A DNA stretch of 64,000 nt from Microcystaceae cyanobacterium (GCA_041746575.1 JBGTGT010000098.1:96001-160000), one strand, 5' to 3'; counted from the first letter of the stretch, positions 1 through 9,336 are shown. The notes: a model not told the origin generated them from the sequence alone. Program-made: numbers and translations.

Positions 1-983
1 ACGATGCTAATCAACCCCAATATTTACTCTGCACTCGACGGACGCGCCTCAAAAAAATTGGACAAAAAGTGATTGTGGGGGATTGGGTGACTATTGAAGA
101 ACCTGACTTTCAGGGAGGAAGAGGGGCAATCAGCGAAGTTCTACCTCGTAAAACCCGCCTAGATCGCCCCTTGATTGCCAATGCAGACCATATTCTTTTG
201 GTTTTTGCGGTTGCTGAACCCGATTTAGACGCGTGGCAACTCAGCCGTTTTTTAGTCAAAGCAGAATCCACTTCACTATCGGTGTCTCTTTGCTTCAATA
301 AAACCGATTTAATCTCAGAAAATCAACAAAAACAATGGCAAGAACGCTTAAGTAATTGGGGTTATGATTCGATTTTTGTGAGTATAAAACATCAACGAAA
401 TTTAGAGAAACTTACGGAACAATTAACAGGAAAAACGTCTATATTAGCTGGACCTTCTGGGGTCGGCAAATCCAGTTTAATTAATTATTTTATCCCTGCA
501 GGATCTCAACGAACCAATCAAGTCTCTGGCAAGTTACAAAAGGGTCGTCATACCACTCGCCATGTGGAACTTTTTGACTTACCTGATGGAGGATTATTGG
601 CTGATAGTCCGGGCTTTAATCAACCTGACTTGAAAACCCATCCGCAAGAATTAGAGTTATACTTTCCTGAAATTCGTCATCGTTTAGCTCAAGGATCTTG
701 TCAATTTAAGGATTGTTTACATCGTCATGAACCCCATTGCGTTGTTCGAGGGGAATGGGAACGTTATGACCACTATTTAAAGTTTTTAGAAGAAACCCTT
801 GCTTATCAATCTGCATTACAACAACGGCCTGATCAAGAATCAAGTTTAAAGCTCAAAACAAAAGGATCGGGTCAACAGGAATATGAACCTAAATTGTCTA
901 GTAAAAAATATCGTCGCCAATCCCGTCGGTCTAAACATCAAAAATTACAAGATTTCTACGAAAATAATTTAGAAGAAGATTGA
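1..983 (+). CDS. rsgA: Ribosome small subunit-dependent GTPase A, 5' truncated by the window edge
   Basis: Frame open from position 3 (DANQPQYLLCTRRTRLKKIGQKVIVGD); circularly permuted GTPase motifs NKTD, GPSGVGKSS, GRHTT, DSPG and Zn finger CQFKDCLHRHEPHC. Confidence 0.96.
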   Translation, partial: DANQPQYLLCTRRTRLKKIGQKVIVGDWVTIEEPDFQGGRGAISEVLPRKTRLDRPLIANADHILLVFAVAEPDLDAWQLSRFLVKAESTSLSVSLCFNKTDLISENQQKQWQERLSNWGYDSIFVSIKHQRNLEKLTEQLTGKTSILAGPSGVGKSSLINYFIPAGSQRTNQVSGKLQKGRHTTRHVELFDLPDGGLLADSPGFNQPDLKTHPQELELYFPEIRHRLAQGSCQFKDCLHRHEPHCVVRGEWERYDHYLKFLEETLAYQSALQQRPDQESSLKLKTKGSGQQEYEPKLSSKKYRRQSRRSKHQKLQDFYENNLEED

Positions 984-1045
984 AAATTAGCTTTATTCTC
1001 AACTGAAATATAGCGAATTTTCTAGACATAACATTTTAGGGTATA

Positions 1046-2308
1046 TTATAATGACCCATGTTTTTGTGCTAATCGGATAGGTCGGACTAGGTAATATAAA
1101 AAACTGAGAGATTTAGGTAAGCTTAAATAGCTTATATCTTCTTCAGTAGGAGTCATGACTAATCGGCAAAACTGTCCCACTAAATAGCCTTTACTTGTCA
1201 TTTTTTGCAGAGAAGGTTCTCTAAGAAGGCGGAATAAGAAATTTTCTAATATACCTTGAAGGTTTTCTGTACCAGCAAACATTTGCTGACAAACTTTCTC
1301 TCCATATAATTTACTGACTGGATCTGTTTTTATTCGTTGTAAAACTGAGTTGGGTATTTCTGATTTAAAGAGATTTTGGGCTAGAAATAATCCAAGTAGT
1401 AAAATTCGTTCAATTCTTATTTCACTAGCTTGCTTAAAAACGAATTCCCAATTCATTTTGGGATGTAATTGAAGAAGTTCAGCTACATCACAAACCCCTT
1501 TGAGCGATCGCCACTGATCTTTCATGGCGTTAATACAAAGAATTAATAATAAATTTTCCGGCGAAAAACTGAGAATTGTTGTATTAGCAAAAGAAACAGA
1601 ATGAACAGAATTCCACCACCAATTGGAATCCATACTCAAAAAAGATTCCTGTCCCGCCAAGGTCCAATGAATTTCCAAAAAAGCAATCTTATCTTTATTC
1701 GGTTTAAACTTATAATTAAACTGAGAAGGAGAACGAAGAAATTCAGACTCTAGTTCATCCGTTATCCCATATTCTGATAAATATTCATTGTTTCTTTCTA
1801 AGATGAGTAAGGGTTGATAATCTTCTGACATTAGTAGCTCTTTGATTTTTAAAATATCCTTTTTATGAACAATAATATCTAGGTCGCTAATCTGTCGAAG
1901 TGCTAGATTTTTATAAAGTAATAAAGCCAGTACCGGTCCTTTATAGGGAATAGCAGAAATATTATGCTCCTTAAATAAATTGAGTAAATCCATTAATTCT
2001 TTGGCTAAAGATAAATTATGCTGTGCATTGCGATGAAAGAAATTCCGTAGTTGAGAAAAAATCGCCGTAGGAACGTCTTCTGGACAAATAGCATTTAAAC
2101 TATAATATAAGAGCGGCATTACTCCATGATGAGCCGATGTTTTAATCAGGTAAGACCAGTCAATTTCCTGTTTAACTAAGGTTTGAATTCGTTTTTTTGT
2201 GATTAAATCAATCTGAGTTCTGGCGCAACATAATAATAATTCGATTTCAGGGCGGGTTTTTGGAATTAGTTGGCTCGAAAAAAGTTGAAGACTAGAGAAG
2301 GTTTTCAT
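1046..2308 (-). CDS. Nucleotidyltransferase family protein (NTP_transf_5 type, as found in lasso-peptide-like clusters)
   Basis: ELLLCCAR...IDWSYL...HHGVMPLLY N-terminus; YKGPVLA..LY.NLALRQISDLDIIV, LEIHW and CDVAELL motifs. Confidence 0.88.
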   Translation of the reverse strand: MKTFSSLQLFSSQLIPKTRPEIELLLCCARTQIDLITKKRIQTLVKQEIDWSYLIKTSAHHGVMPLLYYSLNAICPEDVPTAIFSQLRNFFHRNAQHNLSLAKELMDLLNLFKEHNISAIPYKGPVLALLLYKNLALRQISDLDIIVHKKDILKIKELLMSEDYQPLLILERNNEYLSEYGITDELESEFLRSPSQFNYKFKPNKDKIAFLEIHWTLAGQESFLSMDSNWWWNSVHSVSFANTTILSFSPENLLLILCINAMKDQWRSLKGVCDVAELLQLHPKMNWEFVFKQASEIRIERILLLGLFLAQNLFKSEIPNSVLQRIKTDPVSKLYGEKVCQQMFAGTENLQGILENFLFRLLREPSLQKMTSKGYLVGQFCRLVMTPTEEDISYLSLPKSLSFLYYLVRPIRLAQKHGSL

Positions 2309-2314
2309 CGCATT

Positions 2315-4168
2315 TTACCGATAAGATGAGGTTAAATTGGAACTTGTTAAACTATATTGTTGAGCTTGAATTTGAAACAAATGTGCGTAAGTTTTTCCGA
2401 GTTTCATGAGTTCTGCATGCGTACCATCTTCTACAATCTGTCCTTGTTCAAGAACATAAATTCGATCCGCCATTTTTACAGTTGATAAGCGATGACTAAT
2501 CAAAATCGCTGCTTGATTTTTTAAGAGTTGACGAAATCGTTTAAAGACTTCATATTCCGCCTTAGGATCTAAAGCACTGGTGGGTTCATCTAAGACAATT
2601 AGCTGAGAATCTCGCAAAAATGCTCGTGCTAAAGCAATTTTTTGCCATTGACCAATGCTCAGTTCTTCTCCCTGCTCAAACCATTTCCCCAGAACGGTAT
2701 TATAGCCTTTGGGGAGTTGATTAATCACTTCATCGGCTCCTGCATAACCGGCGGCAACGGCGATTTTTTCGGCTTCAGGGGGAATATTGATGTTGCCAAA
2801 CCAGATATTTTCCTGTACTGTGAGGTGGTATTTGGTATAGTCTTGGAAAATAACGCTAATTTCTTGTCTAAGCTCTGTCAGTCTAAATTGGCGTAGGTCA
2901 ATCCCATCAAGGGTAATATTTCCTTCTGTGGGGTCATAGAGACGACATAAGAGTTTGATTAGGGTGGTTTTACCGGAGCCATTCTCCCCAACTAAGGCAA
3001 CGATTTCCCCCGGTTGAATGGTTAAATTCACCGCTTCTAAGGCTTGTCGGCTACTGGTAGGATATTGGAAACTGACTTGATTAAAAATAATCCCTTTTTG
3101 CATGGGTTGGGGAACAGGTTTAGGATGAAGGGGATCGGCAATTTTAGGTCTCAGATCCAGAAATTCGTAGAGATTAGACAAAAATAGATTATCTGAATAA
3201 AGTCCTGCCAAATCGCCTAAGATTCCTTGAAAAGCGGACTGGATTTTCTGAAATGCTTGATGATACATGACTAATCCGCCTAGCGTAATCGTCCCTTGCA
3301 CAGTTTGATAAGCAATAAAGCCATAAACCCCAAAAACGGCAAGAGTAGAACTGATTTGACTGATTAACTGGCGCAGAGAATATTGAGTGGTGAGTTGCAG
3401 TTTTTCTCGATGCAGTTGACGGCGTAATTGACGAAAACGACGGGCAAACAGCGATCCTAACGCAAATAAACGGATTTCTTTGGCGTGCCAGTCTTGGGTT
3501 AACATCCAGTGAAAGTAATTTGCTCGTCTTTCGGTTGTTGTCTTTTGTCGTTGCCAACGATACACTTGACCGGCGTATTTTAAACGCACGAGAATATTTG
3601 GGATAACCGCTACAATGACAATGGCAATAATCCCCCAGTGTAAAGATAGGAGTAAGCTAGCGATCGCTACTAACGAAACACTATTTTGAGCAATTTGAAC
3701 CAATTTATTGAGAACCTGATTGGGACGAAAGGAAGCTTCTGATTGAGCGCGGTGTAGGGTATCGTAGTATTTAGCATTTTCGTAATATTCCAAATCCACT
3801 TCAATAGACTTAGCGTGAAGCAGTCCATACATATAGTCCGAAACCAACTGAGATTGAATTTCATCGACCAATTTAGTCAAAAAACTGCATAAATTACTGA
3901 TTACCGTCACAGCACCTGCGAAACTAATGAGGGTAAGAACTGTTTGAAAAGCTGAAGCTTTGTTTGGAGCCGTAATACCTATATTAACCGCGTCGACCAC
4001 CAATTTCATGAGATAGAGAGAGAATAGAGGTAAAATCCCTTGAATAAGGATTAAAAATACTCTAGCCATTGTCCAACGGGGACTACTTTGCCAAACTAAA
4101 GAGACAGCACGGCCTAACCGTAGGGATTGGCTGATTTTTGCCCTTAATCTTGTTAAATAAGCCATCAT
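2315..4168 (-). CDS. ABC exporter, fused permease plus ATP-binding domain, no C39 peptidase domain
   Basis: N-terminal TM helices, AKEIRLF, Walker A GENGSGKTT, signature ELSIGQWQK, Walker B LIVLDEPT; likely ATG at 4168 or 4165 just after the lanM stop. Confidence 0.93.
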   Translation of the reverse strand: MMAYLTRLRAKISQSLRLGRAVSLVWQSSPRWTMARVFLILIQGILPLFSLYLMKLVVDAVNIGITAPNKASAFQTVLTLISFAGAVTVISNLCSFLTKLVDEIQSQLVSDYMYGLLHAKSIEVDLEYYENAKYYDTLHRAQSEASFRPNQVLNKLVQIAQNSVSLVAIASLLLSLHWGIIAIVIVAVIPNILVRLKYAGQVYRWQRQKTTTERRANYFHWMLTQDWHAKEIRLFALGSLFARRFRQLRRQLHREKLQLTTQYSLRQLISQISSTLAVFGVYGFIAYQTVQGTITLGGLVMYHQAFQKIQSAFQGILGDLAGLYSDNLFLSNLYEFLDLRPKIADPLHPKPVPQPMQKGIIFNQVSFQYPTSSRQALEAVNLTIQPGEIVALVGENGSGKTTLIKLLCRLYDPTEGNITLDGIDLRQFRLTELRQEISVIFQDYTKYHLTVQENIWFGNINIPPEAEKIAVAAGYAGADEVINQLPKGYNTVLGKWFEQGEELSIGQWQKIALARAFLRDSQLIVLDEPTSALDPKAEYEVFKRFRQLLKNQAAILISHRLSTVKMADRIYVLEQGQIVEDGTHAELMKLGKTYAHLFQIQAQQYSLTSSNLTSSYR

Positions 4169-4173
4169 TTGCT

Positions 4174-7100
4174 TTATTCCCACAACAAGACAGACGGTAA
4201 TTGGTCAGGATAGGCGAGTCGTAGGAGTTGATACCCAATACCTGATGCACCTTGGAAGAAACCGGGGTGAAAATCGAGAATAGGACCATAACCATAATGG
4301 CCTTTTTGTTCGGCGCGTGCGACGACTTGGGAGGCAAGGTTCATCGCTGCATCCACTAATTCAGGTCGGTTGAGTTTACGTCCAGCAGTGAAGAGAAATT
4401 CAACCCGTCCCATATTGCCACAACAGAGATGATCAATGTCTGAGAGTCCGTAATTAAGCGTTGTGGTGATAGCAGCCTCAATATCTTGGCGAATTTCTGG
4501 GGTATCGAGAATATCTAGGGTGGCAACTCTGGCTAATCCAATTCCGGGCGCACCATGGCACCATGAACACATACATCTCGGGTAATCTTTGGTTTGGGGT
4601 TGTCGAAAATCTGGCCAGTTATTGAGTTCGGGGATAAAAACACTGCGTTCGTAGGCGATCGCTTCTTCTGCTGCTTCTTTATAGCGGTTATCGCCTGTTA
4701 ATTTATAGAGACGAAGTAAAGCATAGGCAATTCCTGCCGCACCATGAGAGAAACCTGTTAAGAGTTTTGTTTGTTTATTTTGGCTAACTTCTGATGTTAA
4801 GTTCATCAACTTCAACTGATTTATAATATGATCGCCATATTTTTTGCACTTTCCTAAAATCTTTTGAGATAAAGTAGTTTTATAAATGCCCAGAAAACTT
4901 AGCATAATACCTGCCACACCTGATATTACATCAAGTCTACTCTGTGTTTCTTCTATAGATACTTGAGATACCTGAGCTATGTTAGTTAAATCATCATAAT
5001 CAGTTGATTTGTAACTTGGCATAAAATTATGAACTAGATTTAATCCATAAGATAGTGAAGAAAATTCAAACAACTCTCCTAGTGAATGAATCTCTACATT
5101 TTCATTCACTATACTTTTATTATTTTTTATTTTAGGTAGAATAGAATTCATTAAGTTCTGAAACTCTAAATTATTATTATTGCCGAGAACGTGATCTAAA
5201 GCGCTCAAGAAAATAGCAATTCCAATTGCTCCATTATACAAATAATTATCAATAGGACGAAATTGAAATTTGTTAATTACTTCAAAATACTTGGGAGCAA
5301 ACCAAGTTGATATTTTATTATTTAGCTTTATTGATTTTTTAAACATACTCTCCTTTATTTTTTGGCATTCTTTCACGAAGATATCGTTATTGAATTGTCT
5401 TAGTGGGATTACACAATAAGAACTTTCTTGAGAAACATTGTTATCTAAATTTTGATCAATTATGAAAGAATCTAAAGCTCCTTTTATGAAATAAATCTGC
5501 TGTTTTATATCGGCTTGATTGATTTTTTTTAACCTCTTAAAAACAAAATTGAAACTGGGTTCTTCAAAAAAATTTGTAGAAATCACTTTATTTCCATTAA
5601 ATAAATGAACACTACCAGAGTCAGTTAAAAATAGAGGAATATCTAATTTTTCTAAGGCTTCTATTTCCAAAGATAATAAAGACCAAGTAGAAGGTTTTTG
5701 CTTAGATTTTAGAAGCTGTTTAGAAAGAGTATCCAAAACTATACTTCTTTCAATTCCATTCTTCATACAACTTGGAGTCAGACCAGCCTCTTCAATAACT
5801 CTATAGATTCTGGTTGGACGTAATATATAACGTATTAGTTGATGAGAAAATTTTGCTAGGATATTATTATGTTTTAACAGGTTATTTTTATGTTTAATAA
5901 ATATATCACACATCTGAGTAAATCCATCTAAGATTAGAGTAGAACATATAGAATGATCTATATTGAGTCTTTGATTTGTTAAAAAAGTATTAGTCAAGTG
6001 AAGAGAGTGAGCGTTAGAAAAACGCAACATTGTATCTGTGTTAACATTTTTAAATTCTGATGTAATTACATAAACTGGTTTTGCATTAAACTCTTGTAAT
6101 GCACCAGAGCTAAAAGATTGTCCATTTTCTGCAGACATCCATATTGGTAATAGTCCAGTACGAAGAACAGACTTTTTGAGAAGATTATAACTAAAACTTT
6201 GAATATTATCTTCCAAGTCTTGAGCATTCTCAAGATTTTTTCTAGGATGCATCAACGTCTCTAAATCAATAATCACTGGATATTCTCCATGACTAATGAT
6301 ATTATCAAAGTGTAAGTCTGTAGCATCTAGTAGATAACTTACTGCTAGTAGCATTCCCATTCTGTGATAGTAATATTCAGCCGATTCTCTTGTTGTGAAA
6401 GCATTGCTTTCAACAAACTCAACCCAGCCATATTCAGGGCGAACTAAAGTTTTAATTATCTTGAATTTTAATATTTGTGTTTTATCATTAAAATATTGTA
6501 ACAACTCAAAAAAAAGACTTTCTAAATTTATATTTTTAGGTTTATAGATTAATTTTAGCCCAGATTGAAAATGAATACACAAAACACTTTTGCCATTTTG
6601 GTGTCTATCTGATAAATCAGTTTCAATATGAACTACTTCTTTTAGTTTATTTTGACTAAATTTTTTTTCTATATCTGACCAATCTTGATCAAGACGTTGG
6701 ATTAATAACATAGTATTATTAATCCACATATTAATCACAGTCACAATTAAACGTGCTAATACTGAATACTCGCAAAAAAAGACTTTTATTCGACGCTTAA
6801 GTAAATCATTGATAAAATTAAAATAATCATCATTTTCATATGTACTTTTTTCTTTTCTTGAGATTATACTAAAAGTAGTTTTTTTGCCTATTTTAAAGAG
6901 GAAAAATTCTAGCTCTAAGGTTCTTTCACTTACTTTTGAAAGTGTTCTAAGTAAGCTTTTTTCTAAGTCAAGATGGGCTGATTGACCGATGATATAATAT
7001 TTTTGACCAATTTTTTCTTTGAGTTGATGTCTAGCAAAATTAATAAAGTGAAGATAAAAATCTTCAAAAGGGAGAGTATTATTATTTCTCTTTTTAATAA

Positions 7101-7446
7101 TTTCCTCTTTCTCATTATAGATAGTTTCCTGAAAAGATACAGATATAAACTCTAAAAGCTCATCAAGAGTTTTCAGCCAATTTGGGATAGTTAAGTTCTC
7201 TACACAATCTTGATAAGTAATCGCATTTCTAACATCTGTTAATTCAAGATTAGACCAAGCTAAGCGACGTCTAAATAGACTCCAATTTCCATTTGTTACC
7301 ACTTGGCACCATTTTTCAATAATAAAATCTGAATTCTTTTGGATTGATTTTTTATTAGTATCTATTATTGATCTATGGGTATTCAGAATTTCATTCAAAG
7401 ATTGGCTGTTTGCAAAAATATGCAAAGTTTCTTCGTAAGATAACAT
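4174..7446 (-). CDS. lanM: Class II lanthipeptide synthetase LanM (ProcM-like CCG cyclase motif)
   Basis: Dehydratase motifs SDRH, LIYKP, YGWVEFV, TDLHFDNII, IIDLETL, SVLRTGLLP, RYILRPT; LanC motifs GFSHGAAG, WCHGAPG, HLCCGNMG, GFFQGASGIG; AGGAG RBS upstream. Confidence 0.96.
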   Translation of the reverse strand: MLSYEETLHIFANSQSLNEILNTHRSIIDTNKKSIQKNSDFIIEKWCQVVTNGNWSLFRRRLAWSNLELTDVRNAITYQDCVENLTIPNWLKTLDELLEFISVSFQETIYNEKEEIIKKRNNNTLPFEDFYLHFINFARHQLKEKIGQKYYIIGQSAHLDLEKSLLRTLSKVSERTLELEFFLFKIGKKTTFSIISRKEKSTYENDDYFNFINDLLKRRIKVFFCEYSVLARLIVTVINMWINNTMLLIQRLDQDWSDIEKKFSQNKLKEVVHIETDLSDRHQNGKSVLCIHFQSGLKLIYKPKNINLESLFFELLQYFNDKTQILKFKIIKTLVRPEYGWVEFVESNAFTTRESAEYYYHRMGMLLAVSYLLDATDLHFDNIISHGEYPVIIDLETLMHPRKNLENAQDLEDNIQSFSYNLLKKSVLRTGLLPIWMSAENGQSFSSGALQEFNAKPVYVITSEFKNVNTDTMLRFSNAHSLHLTNTFLTNQRLNIDHSICSTLILDGFTQMCDIFIKHKNNLLKHNNILAKFSHQLIRYILRPTRIYRVIEEAGLTPSCMKNGIERSIVLDTLSKQLLKSKQKPSTWSLLSLEIEALEKLDIPLFLTDSGSVHLFNGNKVISTNFFEEPSFNFVFKRLKKINQADIKQQIYFIKGALDSFIIDQNLDNNVSQESSYCVIPLRQFNNDIFVKECQKIKESMFKKSIKLNNKISTWFAPKYFEVINKFQFRPIDNYLYNGAIGIAIFLSALDHVLGNNNNLEFQNLMNSILPKIKNNKSIVNENVEIHSLGELFEFSSLSYGLNLVHNFMPSYKSTDYDDLTNIAQVSQVSIEETQSRLDVISGVAGIMLSFLGIYKTTLSQKILGKCKKYGDHIINQLKLMNLTSEVSQNKQTKLLTGFSHGAAGIAYALLRLYKLTGDNRYKEAAEEAIAYERSVFIPELNNWPDFRQPQTKDYPRCMCSWCHGAPGIGLARVATLDILDTPEIRQDIEAAITTTLNYGLSDIDHLCCGNMGRVEFLFTAGRKLNRPELVDAAMNLASQVVARAEQKGHYGYGPILDFHPGFFQGASGIGYQLLRLAYPDQLPSVLLWE

Positions 7447-7562
7447 TTTTTTCTCCTTGTATTTTTCTAAAAAATTCTAACTTGTAAATCCGATAAATCA
7501 TCAGCTAGTTACATACATAGCCAATATTTTTATGATAAGAAGAACTAGCTATTGAGTATTGT

Positions 7563-8255
7563 CTAACATATATAATTGTTTGTGCTTGCACAGAATATCG
7601 TGTCCATTAGAGAATCATCCCCAATAATTCCGCAACCAGAAACTTCTACACTATATGTTAAGCTTGATAAGGACTGAAGATAAATAGATAAACTAGGGAT
7701 AAAAGGATTAGGTAAAATCACAAATATTTTATCAGTTTTTTCTTCAAAAATCTTGATAAAAATATTTTGCGAAAGTTCAAGAGTTAGATAAGCTTTTATT
7801 GTTTTTAGTGGCTCTCGAATTAGCCGATCTTTTAAATCTCTATTTCTCCAACAATTAGTAATTAATTGTATAGCATGGTTACTATCTACTACAGTATTTC
7901 GTTGCTGATCCAAAACCCAGCGAGCAACATCCTCATAAGTCATCCCTAAAGCGGCTTGTAATTGCTCTTCAGACATTCCCTCATAAGGATTACAAGGTAA
8001 CACCATATAAATCGTATCTTCTGTTTCCTCAAGTACCTGAATCTCAAGGTCTTCTGGTAATTTTTGGTCTAATTCTTGTTCAATTACTGCTTTAGGATTT
8101 GCTAATAACTCCTGTTTAAAGTCTTCATCTTTTAAAGCACGAGTAATCAGATGAATTTCTAAATCTTTGCGAGTTTGTAAAGCTAACTGAGAATTTGGTT
8201 TAAACTGAAAAGACCATAGGGGTAAGTTGGGGTTCATGCTTTCATGAGTATTCAT
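7563..8255 (-). CDS. NHLP (nitrile-hydratase-like leader) RiPP precursor with two tandem leader domains and a C-terminal Cys-containing core
   Basis: Leader 1 TRKDLEIHLITRALKDEDFKQELLANPKAVIEQEL..LPEDLEIQVLEETEDTIYMVLP; leader 2 LITNCWRNRDLKDRLIREPLKTI...IKIFEEKTDKIFVILP; C-terminus VSGCGIIGDDSLMDTIFCASTNNYIC; directly upstream of lanM. Confidence 0.88.
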   Translation of the reverse strand: MNTHESMNPNLPLWSFQFKPNSQLALQTRKDLEIHLITRALKDEDFKQELLANPKAVIEQELDQKLPEDLEIQVLEETEDTIYMVLPCNPYEGMSEEQLQAALGMTYEDVARWVLDQQRNTVVDSNHAIQLITNCWRNRDLKDRLIREPLKTIKAYLTLELSQNIFIKIFEEKTDKIFVILPNPFIPSLSIYLQSLSSLTYSVEVSGCGIIGDDSLMDTIFCASTNNYIC

Positions 8256-8273
8256 GGTAAAATCTCCTAAAAT

Positions 8274-8645
8274 TTAGTGAAGTTGTTTGCGTTTTTTGAG
8301 AATTTTATTTCCGGCGAAAATAGAGCCAATTACCATTAAGCCAAAGATAGAAGAAGGTTCAGGAATACAAATTGTCTTATCGTCTTGTATATCATCTGAT
8401 GTGAAATCAGTAACCCCTAAGATTTTCAGAGGTTTGCCATTTTGTCCTCGACAATAATAGACTTTATCGCCATCTCCGATATCTTCTTCCTCAAATGCTC
8501 CTCTTTGAGCAAAACAAGTGAACGCAAATTCTTCAAGTGTAAAGCCCTGAGTTGCATAGGCCAATGGATGACTAAATACCAGCATTGCTATTGTAGATAA
8601 GAGAAAGAATCGATAATTATTGCGAATATGACGAATGACTAACAT
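8274..8645 (-). CDS. Small PEP-CTERM sorting-domain protein
   Basis: Signal peptide ending LAYA; C-terminal IPEPSSIFGLMVIGSIFAG followed by basic KKRK; start at 8645 or 8657, overlapping the B2 stop. Confidence 0.85.
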   Translation of the reverse strand: MLVIRHIRNNYRFFLLSTIAMLVFSHPLAYATQGFTLEEFAFTCFAQRGAFEEEDIGDGDKVYYCRGQNGKPLKILGVTDFTSDDIQDDKTICIPEPSSIFGLMVIGSIFAGNKILKKRKQLH

Positions 8646-9115
8646 AATAAAAACCATCCCTTTTTTTGCTCACCGTCAATCGCTGATAAAGGAACTCGAA
8701 TATATCGAGCCATATTCCCTGCACCACCGATAATGACTTTCCCTTCGTATTCTACCCACGCATGGGCTGACATTTTCCCTTTTGGATGTCGGGTAAACCC
8801 AATACAAAGGTCAGGTGAATAACCCCGTTCTTCTAATAGCAATTGAGTCGCTAATGCACGTGCTAAACATCTAATTTTTCGTACATAGTGACTCGCAGTT
8901 CTCACTGTCCATAACACCCTATCTATCTCCACAGAAGCTTGCTCTGCATCGTATAATTTAGGGTTAGACGGAAAGACTTTCGCTAAAAGAAAACGTAACC
9001 TTTGAAAAGGTAAAAACTTCAGTCCGACTCGAATACTTCCTAGTAAAATAAACGCCTTAATCAGCAACAATTTTTCCGAGAAAGTGAGTTGTAGAAACTT
9101 AAGTAGCCTTTTCAT
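8639..9115 (-). CDS. Lasso peptide biosynthesis B2-type protein (transglutaminase-like Cys protease)
   Basis: Amphipathic N-terminus (EKLLLIKAFILL..IRVGLKFLPF), catalytic CLARALA and AHAWVE motifs; ATG at 9115. Confidence 0.9.
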   Translation of the reverse strand: MKRLLKFLQLTFSEKLLLIKAFILLGSIRVGLKFLPFQRLRFLLAKVFPSNPKLYDAEQASVEIDRVLWTVRTASHYVRKIRCLARALATQLLLEERGYSPDLCIGFTRHPKGKMSAHAWVEYEGKVIIGGAGNMARYIRVPLSAIDGEQKKGWFLLC

Positions 9116-9138
9116 GTTCAATGAGTCTTGGTGAATCG

Positions 9139-9209
9139 CTTCTACTTATTACTCGGAAACAGTCACTGACTTTGTGACGCCTTCCGTTAAAGTTGTTACA
9201 AAACTCAAC
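9139..9209 (-). promoter_or_regulatory. Conserved upstream element, copy A (shared with 36619-36689)
   Basis: 59/71 ungapped identity to 36619-36689; contains TTTGTGAC-N16-GTTACAAA inverted repeat; 24 nt from the B2 ATG. Confidence 0.75.
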
Positions 9210-9336
9210 AATTTATAGCCGACAGAATAACAAAACAACCCCTGCAAAAGACGTTGCTAAGTAGGGGAGGAACAAGCAATCATTAAAAATCAAAGAAAAT
9301 ACCGTCTTTTGCCACTGATGAAGTATTTGATTGATG

